In this document: piece after piece, positions 26,532 to 33,679 of the stretch
Layout: each line of letters opens with the position of its first letter
Numbering within the stretch: the stretch's first letter is position 1
Source of the DNA: a virus
Lineage: Duplodnaviria; Caudoviricetes
Strand: one strand, 5' to 3'
DNA: 45,434 bases
Virus record (IMG/VR): IMGVR_UViG_3300046001_002739
Span: 1 to 45,434 of that record
Translations under genes and position numbers: made by a program
Notes under the pieces: generated by a model
Databases searched by the model: none
Seen by the model: the letters and a program-made list of their open reading frames with translations, nothing else
Told to the model about the DNA's origin: nothing

Positions 26532-26698
26532 AACAACCCCGCCTGGAACGTGCGGCGCTCTTGCACTGTGCGCTCGCCAAAGTGCTTGCGGGGGTTACCA
26601 CACATGGGGCAACTGCAGACCGCAGGCGTCTCGGCCATGACCCTGCCTTGACCTGAGTATTTGCTGCGCTTGGCGTGGTGGATACGGACCACCTTCAC
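26528..26698 (-). CDS. 56-aa Cys-cluster (Zn-ribbon-like) protein (not in the ORF track)
   Basis: GTG start; TPAVCSCPMCGNPRKHFGERTVQERR; 4-nt overlaps at both ends. Confidence 0.6.
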   Translation of the reverse strand: MKVVRIHHAKRSKYSGQGRVMAETPAVCSCPMCGNPRKHFGERTVQERRTFQAGLL

Positions 26699-26784
26699 CG
26701 CTTACCCTTGTCTGCACCGTCCAGCCACGCCAGAGCACCCACCGCGGCCACCACAAGGCCTGCCACGTAGATCAGGGCCTCCAT
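26695..26784 (-). CDS. 29-aa membrane peptide (not in the ORF track)
   Basis: MEALIYVAGLVVAAVGALAWLDGADKGKR; coupled to the terS stop. Confidence 0.5.
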   Translation of the reverse strand: MEALIYVAGLVVAAVGALAWLDGADKGKR

Positions 26785-27212
26785 CAGGCGAGGTCCTCGA
26801 AGTCTTTGCGCTGCGATGCCAGCGCCAGCAGCTGGGCCACGCGCGCGCTGCGTGTGGTCTCGTCGATCTGCAGTGCGCCGCCGTCCTTGCCCGTCAGCTC
26901 CACCTTGTTGCTCTCGCGGTAGTCATCGGGGAAGCGTGCAGCCATAGACCGGGACCACAGCTGCGGGTTGAGCTTCGTGCCCTCTGGGCTCTGCCACATG
27001 CCCGTCTGGCCCTGGTCCTCCCACCAGGCCATGGCCAGGTCCCTCGCACGCGCAATGGCGATGCAAAACTCTTCGTGCTCATCACACCAACGGTTGATGC
27101 TGGCGCGGTCACAGCCCAGTGCCGCAGCCATTTGCGCTTTGCTTTTTCCAAGCGTACCAAGCTCCACCACGGTGGTGCAGAACGTTGGGTCGTATTTTGT
27201 TGGTCGTGCCAT
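26784..27212 (-). CDS. terS: Terminase small subunit (probably leaderless)
   Basis: MARPTKYDP HTH N-terminus, ELTGKDGG C-terminal motif; upstream of terL. Confidence 0.85.
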   Translation of the reverse strand: MARPTKYDPTFCTTVVELGTLGKSKAQMAAALGCDRASINRWCDEHEEFCIAIARARDLAMAWWEDQGQTGMWQSPEGTKLNPQLWSRSMAARFPDDYRESNKVELTGKDGGALQIDETTRSARVAQLLALASQRKDFEDLA

Positions 27213-27219
27213 GGTGTGC

Positions 27220-27251
27220 ATATTCCGATCAAATCAACCCGGCACGGACAC
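27220..27251 (-). promoter_or_regulatory. Late promoter 6 (terminase operon)
   Basis: GTGTCCGTG-N17-GAATAT; terS ATG 7 nt downstream. Confidence 0.7.
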
Positions 27252-27470
27252 CCGAATGGTGCGCGCGACGGTCTGGCTGCGATTGCGCCCGGTGCAGATC
27301 CACCGAGCGCACGATTTGCTGACTTCAAACTTGGCCGCCAGCCACGAATAGCTGAAGCCCTCGTCGCGCAGGTCCAGCAGCACCGCCACCTCCGCGTCTG
27401 TGAGTTTGGCGCCCGGGTGCTCCTGACCAATCCGTGCGCCTTTTTCGTTGAGTGCTACCAGCTTTTGCAT
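27234..27470 (-). CDS. Small HTH DNA-binding protein (candidate late activator)
   Basis: GQEHPGAKLTDAEV...SYSWLAAKFEVSKSCARWI. Confidence 0.65.
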   Translation of the reverse strand: MQKLVALNEKGARIGQEHPGAKLTDAEVAVLLDLRDEGFSYSWLAAKFEVSKSCARWICTGRNRSQTVARTIRVSVPG

Positions 27471-27510
27471 GACCAAGCCTTTCATGTAATTTTTTGCACG
27501 TTCCCGTAGG

Positions 27511-27619
27511 GTGTCCTCTTGTCCCTCCAAAACCATCGATTTTCCTATTCTCTCTCTAGAGATTTATTTCTTAAGGGGGTAATGGGAAAAATGCATATAT
27601 TGGAGGGACAAAAGGACAC
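27511..27619. other. Putative replication origin
   Basis: 19/20 inverted repeat (27511-27530 / 27600-27619) around an AT-rich core, right after the primase-helicase stop. Confidence 0.65.
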
Positions 27620-27621
27620 TT

Positions 27622-30147
27622 TTAGTCTTCCAACACCTTAAGCCCGACCAACACGATGACGTTCTTGCGTTTTCCTGCAGATACCGTCTGTTTTTTGGTC
27701 GCCTTCTCGAAATGTGGGACCAACCGCTCAAGCTCCTGAACGAGTCGTGTTTTGCTCAAAGCCATGAACCCGCCCTCCCCGCACCACGCCCGGTAGGTGT
27801 CGTAGACCCCGCCGTAGTCGCCGCACAGGGGTGTCTCGAAGTCCTTGCCGAGCTCGCAGCACTCGGTCACAAACTGCCCCACACGGTCCTGCTCGGCCTG
27901 GTAATCCCTCGATGCAGCGAGCACTGCGTCAGGGGGCTGCAGCCCATCTTGGAACCAGATGCGAGCACCCTCCACCACCCAAGCCAGCACGCCCTGAATC
28001 TCGCCCTTCAACCGCTCGGCGACGCGCGTGTCCTTTGCGTAGTGGGCGCGGCCACTGGCCACCTCTTCGCTCGAAGCAAACCGGGCCATGTAAGGCATTA
28101 GCAGGACCCGGCGCCAGATGCCGTTGTCCTGACCCTTGATGATCGGCTTGTGGTTGGTCAGCAGCTGCAACTTGTGCGTCGGGTCAAACTCAAAGAAGTC
28201 GGCACGCATGAACCGTGCCTTGACCTTGTCGCTGCCGGTCAGTTGCTTGACCATGTCCTCCTTGAGGTGACCGCCCTCGCCGGTCTCGTGACTGGTCACC
28301 ATGCGACGGCCGAACAAGTCGGCGATCTCGGTGGGGTGGCGGTCGCGCCCGTTGCCCACCAGCAACCCCGGGGCGCCCGTGGCGGCGTAGTCACCCATCA
28401 CCTCAGCCACCGTGTCCAGGATCGTGCTCTTGCCGTTGGAGCCCTGCCCGTAATGCACAACGAAGGCCTGCTCACGGGTGCTGCCCGTAGCGCAGTAGCC
28501 AAACCAACGCTGCAGGAACCTGGCCAGCGGCCGGGTGGTCATCTCCTCTTCGAGCGTCACCCGTGCGATCACGGTGTCCCACGCTGCACTGCGCGCCGCC
28601 GGGTCGTACGCCAGTGGCACCAGCTTGGTGATGAAGTCATCCGGGTCGTGAGGCTTCATCACGCCGGTGCGCAGATCCACCACGCCGTTGGTGCAGTTCA
28701 ACAGCCACGGGTTGCGATCGATCTGGTTCTCATTGACGGTCAGCATTTTCTTGGCCAACCCCACGGCCGCCTCGATCGCCGACTTCATCTCACTCTTGGC
28801 CGCCCACTTGGTCAGTGCGTCCGCAATCTTGCCGTTGCGCTCTGTCTCCTCAGCGGCGCTGGTCTTCTTGGCGCGCCACCCATCGCCCTCGGCGTGGATC
28901 AGTTTGGACAGCTTGCAGGCGTAGCGGTACACCTCCCCGTCGTCCTTCTCCCAGCGAAGCCCAGACCACGCATACCACTGCCCCGCCACCACGATCAGCC
29001 GCTTGCCAAACTTGGACACAATGCGCCCGGCGTTGGCCTGGTCGGTGGTCAGGTGCTTGGCCTCGGGTATGCCCTTACGGGTGATCTTGTGCTCGTCATC
29101 CGATGCCGGGATTCCGGCTTCGGCACTCACGTCCTCGAAATCGTCCAGCACCTCGTTGATGCCAAGCCTCGCCAGAAACTGCCCACGCCCACGGCCCACG
29201 CAGGTGGCGTGCAGGCACTTGAAGTGACCCACCGCATACCCGCCCGTGTTCGGGGGGTAGTAAATCGTCGAGCTCTCGCCCGACTCGCTGGTGTGGTCGC
29301 TGCTGAAGGGGCACTCGATGTTCAGCCCGCCCTCACGGCGTTGGCTCTTCACCAGGCCACCGTCATAGAGCGCCTGAGCGATCGGGTCTTCTTCAGCCAC
29401 CTCACGCAGTCGTTGCCCACGCCCACCCGTGCCGGTCGCCTGCGCCAGCATCGCCTCGTCCACCTCGAGCACAACCTCATCCCCGAACAGCCCAGGCACG
29501 TAGCCAGAGCGCACAGGGTAAGGGTCCGACTGCCCAGCCTCGAACACGGGCAACGCCGTGTAATGAACCTGCACCGGGTTGAACAGCGCCAGGTCGGCTT
29601 TGGTCTTGGTAGCCAAGCCCCACGCCTTGAGCTGCGCCGATGTCAGAGGTGTGGCCAACCAAAACCACAGGTGCACCCGCAACTGGTCGCCCTTGGTGGG
29701 GTGGCCCGCGCTGTTGGACAGCTGCCAGTGGTAACCGGCCGCGTGGAAAGGCTCGGGCAGCATGGTGAAGATGAACTCGTCGATCGCCTTGGTCGGGCAC
29801 GTCAGCGCGTCAGCCATCACCGGGGTGAACTTGTCAACGTCGATCAACATGCTGTGCAGTGGTTGGTCGTCGAAGTAATCAAGCGCACGACGCACGAGCC
29901 CAGGCTTGAAGTCAGGGTCGCGTATCGCCATGAGATCCGGCGCCACAGCAGCCCCCCTAATAACGCACGCGTTGGGCTGCTTCTCGATCTGAGTCAACAG
30001 CTTCGACAGGTCGTCCAAGGTGTGGACCGTGCGCTTGATCAGTTTGAAATACTTGGCGTCACCGTAGCCCGACATTGTGCCGTCGGCCTTCCAGGTCTTT
30101 GCAAGCTGGCTGGTGCTGTGGTGTAGGGTTGAAAGGTTGTCGCTCAC
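27622..30147 (-). CDS. Primase-helicase (primase-like N-terminus, Zn finger, D5/P4-type SF3 helicase)
   Basis: CPF..H...CLHATC, LLNCTNGVVDLRTG, Walker A GQGSNGKST. The GTG at 30147 overlapping the upstream stop is preferred over 30222. Confidence 0.88.
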   Translation of the reverse strand: MSDNLSTLHHSTSQLAKTWKADGTMSGYGDAKYFKLIKRTVHTLDDLSKLLTQIEKQPNACVIRGAAVAPDLMAIRDPDFKPGLVRRALDYFDDQPLHSMLIDVDKFTPVMADALTCPTKAIDEFIFTMLPEPFHAAGYHWQLSNSAGHPTKGDQLRVHLWFWLATPLTSAQLKAWGLATKTKADLALFNPVQVHYTALPVFEAGQSDPYPVRSGYVPGLFGDEVVLEVDEAMLAQATGTGGRGQRLREVAEEDPIAQALYDGGLVKSQRREGGLNIECPFSSDHTSESGESSTIYYPPNTGGYAVGHFKCLHATCVGRGRGQFLARLGINEVLDDFEDVSAEAGIPASDDEHKITRKGIPEAKHLTTDQANAGRIVSKFGKRLIVVAGQWYAWSGLRWEKDDGEVYRYACKLSKLIHAEGDGWRAKKTSAAEETERNGKIADALTKWAAKSEMKSAIEAAVGLAKKMLTVNENQIDRNPWLLNCTNGVVDLRTGVMKPHDPDDFITKLVPLAYDPAARSAAWDTVIARVTLEEEMTTRPLARFLQRWFGYCATGSTREQAFVVHYGQGSNGKSTILDTVAEVMGDYAATGAPGLLVGNGRDRHPTEIADLFGRRMVTSHETGEGGHLKEDMVKQLTGSDKVKARFMRADFFEFDPTHKLQLLTNHKPIIKGQDNGIWRRVLLMPYMARFASSEEVASGRAHYAKDTRVAERLKGEIQGVLAWVVEGARIWFQDGLQPPDAVLAASRDYQAEQDRVGQFVTECCELGKDFETPLCGDYGGVYDTYRAWCGEGGFMALSKTRLVQELERLVPHFEKATKKQTVSAGKRKNVIVLVGLKVLED

Positions 30148-30407
30148 GCCAAGCCCCCCAACTGCAGATGCTTGATAATCTCTTCCAGAGTGTCGAACCA
30201 CTCCTCTTTCGCGTAGTGCCAAACACGCCCGTCTGGCAGTACCAGGGCGTGATAGTCCTCGTCAGCGGTTGGGTTTACAGGATTGACATCGTCTTTTGCG
30301 ATAGACCAGGCTATTACCGGCTGCTTATCGATGTAAGGCGCACCCTCAGTGCAGTCGAGGTAAAGGGTCCAGTAGCCGGGTTGCGCGGGGATCACGGTTG
30401 TAGTCAT
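30144..30407 (-). CDS. Hypothetical protein
   Basis: 87 aa, VIPAQPGYW...PVIAW; coupled to the primase. Confidence 0.7.
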   Translation of the reverse strand: MTTTVIPAQPGYWTLYLDCTEGAPYIDKQPVIAWSIAKDDVNPVNPTADEDYHALVLPDGRVWHYAKEEWFDTLEEIIKHLQLGGLA

Positions 30408-30422
30408 GGCGAACTTTCAAAT

Positions 30423-30493
30423 TGCCATGGGTGGGGGCTCCGAAGTCGCCAAACCAACCCGCTGTCCACGGGCCGGAACCCCCACCCATGGCA
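30423..30493 (-). ncRNA. c4/P4-CI-like antisense RNA stem-loop in the primase operon leader
   Basis: 20-bp stem (15 perfect, plus a G-U that favours the minus strand); loop GGUUUGGCGACUU is complementary to sites upstream and downstream. Confidence 0.55.
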
Positions 30494-30518
30494 GGACAGT
30501 AAAAGGTTTGGCCCCCAG

Positions 30519-30547
30519 ACTTTACCACTAATTTACAGCCTGCTACA
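30519..30547 (-). promoter_or_regulatory. Extended -10 promoter with operator half-site
   Basis: TGgTAAAGT; TAGCAGGCTGTA (30534-30545) over the -35 region. Confidence 0.55.
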
Positions 30548-30609
30548 TTCCCAGCTATGTGTGCTGGCGCACATACCGCCCCTGGCAATGTGGGGACACT
30601 GCGCGCGGG

Positions 30610-30780
30610 CTAAAGAGCCCGGCCCCACTTGCGAAGATAAACCCCCGTGAATTCGACCTCACCGCGCTGCTTGGAATTGACGTACTCACACACCCAAAAG
30701 GCACGCTCCCTGCGCACCAGAACCAAGGTATTGCCGCTGGGCAGCAGCACCCGCATGCCGGTGAGCAGGACGCTGATCAT
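30610..30780 (-). CDS. 56-aa hypothetical protein
   Basis: MISVLLTGMRV...; ATGA-coupled in the cro operon. Confidence 0.6.
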   Translation of the reverse strand: MISVLLTGMRVLLPSGNTLVLVRRERAFWVCEYVNSKQRGEVEFTGVYLRKWGRAL

Positions 30781-30869
30781 TGATCGCGCGCCGCTGACAT
30801 CAGGCAGGCCAGGGCGTAGCCCAGGGCCACGCCAGCGTAGAACAGCGCAGCCCCCACGAGCAGGCTCAC
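30777..30869 (-). CDS. 30-aa membrane peptide (not in the ORF track)
   Basis: GTG overlaps the cro stop; SLLVGAALFYAGVALGYALACLM. Confidence 0.5.
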   Translation of the reverse strand: MSLLVGAALFYAGVALGYALACLMSAARDQ

Positions 30870-31195
30870 AGCGCCAGCTCCAGCTGGCGGGCATCGACAA
30901 TTGGGAAATCAGACACCACGGCACGCTGGCCCAGGCACTTGGCGGCGTAGCTGCATCCCCGGCACGCCTCGCACACGTCCGTGCGGTAGACGATCGGAAG
31001 GCGGCCTTTGCTGGCCTTGGCCATCTCCATCGTCGAAGACTCAATACGCCCGGCCATGTCCGCACTGGCCTGCCGGTGGCCGCCGGCGAGTTGGTACATC
31101 TGCCCGCGGGTGGTGCCGACTTTTTGAGCCAGCAGGTGTTGTTCGTCGGCCGTGGCTGCGGACATCCAGGCCTTGATAGATGTAATGGTTTTCAT
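30866..31195 (-). CDS. cro: Cro-like regulator with C-terminal 4-Cys cluster
   Basis: LAQKVGTTRGQMYQLAGGHRQAS HTH; divergent from the repressor; CEACRGCSYAAKC. Confidence 0.75.
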   Translation of the reverse strand: MKTITSIKAWMSAATADEQHLLAQKVGTTRGQMYQLAGGHRQASADMAGRIESSTMEMAKASKGRLPIVYRTDVCEACRGCSYAAKCLGQRAVVSDFPIVDARQLELAL

Positions 31196-31201
31196 CCGCG
31201 C

Positions 31202-31259
31202 AGTTTAGCAGACGGTACAGATATTGCGTGATCTGCTACAAATTGATACCGTGCGCGAC
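31202..31259. promoter_or_regulatory. Divergent cro/cI promoters with two operator-like sites
   Basis: + strand: TTGCGT-N17-TACCGT, 7 nt to ATG. - strand: TGcTAAACT, 6 nt to ATG. Operators at 31206-31217 and 31227-31238. Confidence 0.75.
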
Positions 31260-31676
31260 ATGAAAAGCGTCTATGAACAGCGCAGGGACAACCTGCGCAA
31301 ACTGCAGGTCGAGTGGGGCGGGCCCACCTCGCTCGCCAAGAAGCTCGGCCACAGCAATGGTAGCTACCTGGCCCAGCTCATCGGCCCGCACCCCTCGCGC
31401 GAGATCTCGGAGAAAGTCGCGCGCGAGATTGAAACCAAGCTCGCCCTGCCGTCGAACTGGTTGGACGCCGAGCACGGCGCATCGCCCAGGCAAGTCGACG
31501 ACAACACGCTCGCCCTGTGTGTCGGGGCCGTCGCCGCGGCAGTGCGCGACGCGGGCGCGAAGGTCGCCCCGCAGGCTTACGGCACTTTAGTCACCCTGGC
31601 TTATGAGCACTGCAAGCTCACCGGTCGCATTGATGAATCCTTTATCCAAAAACTTGTGGGGCTCACCATAAAATGA
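31260..31676 (+). CDS. cI: CI-like repressor (HTH, no S24 peptidase domain), leaderless
   Basis: RRDNLRKL...GGPTSLAKKLG...ISEKVAREIE...WLD, a typical phage repressor N-domain. Confidence 0.8.
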   Translation: MKSVYEQRRDNLRKLQVEWGGPTSLAKKLGHSNGSYLAQLIGPHPSREISEKVAREIETKLALPSNWLDAEHGASPRQVDDNTLALCVGAVAAAVRDAGAKVAPQAYGTLVTLAYEHCKLTGRIDESFIQKLVGLTIK

Positions 31677-31840
31677 ACGACGAACAGTTGAAGCAGCGCA
31701 TCGCGTACCTTGTGGAACATGGCGGACTGCATGATGCGGACCCACTGAGCGAGATCCGGCGCCACGTCCGCTGGCTTGCGCTCCTGAGCCTCGCGGGCGT
31801 GGGCTGCGGGCTGATGAACCTGTTCATGCACTTCGTGTAA
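31673..31840 (+). CDS. 55-aa C-terminal-TM protein co-transcribed with the repressor (not in the ORF track)
   Basis: ATGA overlap; MNDEQLKQRIAYLVEHGG...WLALLSLAGVGCGLMNLFMHFV; followed by a terminator. Confidence 0.65.
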   Translation: MNDEQLKQRIAYLVEHGGLHDADPLSEIRRHVRWLALLSLAGVGCGLMNLFMHFV

Positions 31841-31862
31841 AAAACACCACCTTCGAGCAAAG

Positions 31863-31886
31863 AGCCCGCCCTGTGCGGGCTTTTTT
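31863..31886 (+). terminator. Intrinsic terminator of the repressor operon
   Basis: AGCCCGC-CCTGT-GCGGGCT-TTTTT. Confidence 0.88.
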
Positions 31887-31901
31887 ATTGCCTTCGGTTT
31901 G

Positions 31902-31947
31902 GCGATAGCGAAAATCAATGAGCACAGCATTTAGCAGGTGCTAAGAT
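31902..31947 (+). promoter_or_regulatory. Early promoter with operator and upstream box
   Basis: TAGCAGGTGCTA overlaps TGcTAAGAT; GCGATAGCGAAAATCAAT upstream. Confidence 0.75.
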
Positions 31948-31973
31948 TCAGTCATACCAACCGAAAGCACAAA

Positions 31974-32276
31974 ATGACAAACCTAGCCCTTGACCAATCC
32001 GCCCTCGGCCTCGCTCTCAACGCCGCTTTTGTGAACTCCTACGTTAGCAAGCTCGGTGGCACCCCCACCCTGATGCTCACGGTCTCCTTGGACAAGCGCA
32101 GCGACTGGGTCAACGGCATCCTCGAAAACGGCCGCTACGCTCACTTCAGCATCGACCAGGACGGCGCCATCGAAAACTTCTCTGGCACATTGCCAAAGTT
32201 TCGTAAGTGCAAGGCAGCCGACGACGCCGCTGTCGCTACCAAGCTGAATGCCTGGATCGCAAAAGTATCGGCCTGA
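31974..32276 (+). CDS. Early hypothetical protein
   Basis: 100 aa, STLGG-like SKLGG...WVNGILENGRY; first gene after the promoter. Confidence 0.75.
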   Translation: MTNLALDQSALGLALNAAFVNSYVSKLGGTPTLMLTVSLDKRSDWVNGILENGRYAHFSIDQDGAIENFSGTLPKFRKCKAADDAAVATKLNAWIAKVSA

Positions 32277-32351
32277 TCCCAGCGATCTGCCCACGGGCAG
32301 ATCAGTGTGATCCGCACCCTTCAACTTGCAACGTAGAGAAAGACCCATGAC

Positions 32352-32711
32352 ATGAAACTCATTCTGAATATCGGCCTGGCCCGCACCAACAACAGCAACA
32401 TCGGTGTCGGCACCGCTCTGCGTGACCTGGCCAGCCACGGTTTCAAAATCGAACACCACGCCGTTGTCCACTCCGACACCGAGATCACGGGGGTGGCCGA
32501 GGTCGACGACAACGACCAGCCCGGCACCGACAACCGCGTTCACGTGCTATCGAACCGGCTCGGTCAGGACTGCATCGCGGTCTACAACCCCGAGACCCGC
32601 GAGGGAGACCTGATCGGGCCCCGCGCTGCTGCCTGGGGCGCGTTCAGCCCTGAGTTCTTTATTTTGGCCGACGGCACCCGCCTGGCATCTCCCCTGCAAG
32701 CCGCTGCCTAA
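32352..32711 (+). CDS. Putative SAM lyase (T3 SAMase-like)
   Basis: DTEITGV...LGQDCIAVY resembles the T3 TEE...EQDCVLVY motifs; early position. Confidence 0.6.
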   Translation: MKLILNIGLARTNNSNIGVGTALRDLASHGFKIEHHAVVHSDTEITGVAEVDDNDQPGTDNRVHVLSNRLGQDCIAVYNPETREGDLIGPRAAAWGAFSPEFFILADGTRLASPLQAAA

Positions 32712-32729
32712 AATATTTTTGCAAAAGAT

Positions 32730-32758
32730 TTCCAACCACCTGTAGCATCCGCTACAAT
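32730..32758 (+). promoter_or_regulatory. Early promoter with operator
   Basis: TTCCAA-N17-TACAAT; TAGCATCCGCTA at 32743-32754. Confidence 0.75.
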
Positions 32759-32784
32759 TTCAACTTCACTACTGAAAGCACTAA

Positions 32785-33006
32785 ATGCAAGACCTCAACG
32801 TCATCAACAAGCTCAACAACGAAGCAGTCCAACGCGACATCCCAAAGCAGCAAGCTGCGGGCAAGTACGTGGTCGCGCAGTTCGCTGGACTCTCCTTCAT
32901 CGGCTACAGCGTCCACGACACCGAGGGCGCCCGCAACCAGGCAGCGATCGACCACACCAACGCCTCCCCGACGAACCGCGCCGAACTTTTCAACCCTACC
33001 AACTAA
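32785..33006 (+). CDS. Hypothetical protein
   Basis: 73 aa, phage-like codon use. Confidence 0.7.
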   Translation: MQDLNVINKLNNEAVQRDIPKQQAAGKYVVAQFAGLSFIGYSVHDTEGARNQAAIDHTNASPTNRAELFNPTN

Positions 33007-33038
33007 CCCAGCCCCAGCCCAACTACCAAGGAAACAAC

Positions 33039-33485
33039 GTGCTTACCATCACCCTGACATTCAAATCCATCGAAGCCGCCCGCGCTGCTTTGCTCGAGAT
33101 CCCCTCCTCCTCCCTCGTTGGGGGTGACGCCCCCGAGGCGGCCGAAGCACAAAAGGCAGCGCCAGCCCGTGCCGTTAAAGCCCCAGTAGCTACTAAAACA
33201 GTAGCGGGCCTTGCCCTCGATAGTGGCGAGTTCATCCCTGCCGCGGATCTCAAGGTCGAAGCCCCAAAGCCCGCGCCGGTGGTCGAGGCTACGACCTCTT
33301 CGGCGAAGCCCTCCGCCTCAGTCGACTACCCCACCCTTCAGAAAGCGGTATTCGCCCTGGCCGGTAAGAGCCGCGACGCTGCCGCCGCGGTGGCCGCCAG
33401 CTTCTCCGTGAAGACCTTCAAAGAGCTGCCAGAAGCCAAGTGGGCTGACGCCCTGGCCGCAGTGAACGTCGCGTTGGCTGCCTGA
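33039..33485 (+). CDS. Hypothetical protein (Ala/Pro linker, helical C-terminus) preceding DUF2800
   Basis: AAGGAAA RBS; typical position before the DUF2800-DUF2815-polA module. Confidence 0.75.
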   Translation: MLTITLTFKSIEAARAALLEIPSSSLVGGDAPEAAEAQKAAPARAVKAPVATKTVAGLALDSGEFIPAADLKVEAPKPAPVVEATTSSAKPSASVDYPTLQKAVFALAGKSRDAAAAVAASFSVKTFKELPEAKWADALAAVNVALAA

Positions 33486-33487
33486 TC

Positions 33488-33679
33488 ATGCGTGCATCCG
33501 TTCGTGAACTGTTGTCCGCTGCCGCGCTTGCTCTTATAGGGGGCGCTGCCGCACATGACGCCCCCGCCCAGCCTCGCAACTACCGCCCCGCAAGGGGTAA
33601 AACCGGCGCGCTGAAGATCCGGCGCGCTGCCGCTAAAACCCGCAACGTGGCCCGCCACAAAAGGAACTGCCGTGGCTGA
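33488..33679 (+). CDS. Small basic hypothetical protein
   Basis: 63 aa, overlaps the next start. Confidence 0.55.
   Translation: MRASVRELLSAAALALIGGAAAHDAPAQPRNYRPARGKTGALKIRRAAAKTRNVARHKRNCRG

Noticed and set aside
4967-30126. Long + strand ORFs (e.g. 4967-6238, 17753-19345, 20376-21761, 28150-30126)
   Set aside because: Antisense shadows of GC3-rich genes, with no motifs or RBS.
30148-30222. N-terminal extension of the primase from 30222
   Set aside because: It overlaps the upstream gene; the coupled GTG at 30147 is more plausible.
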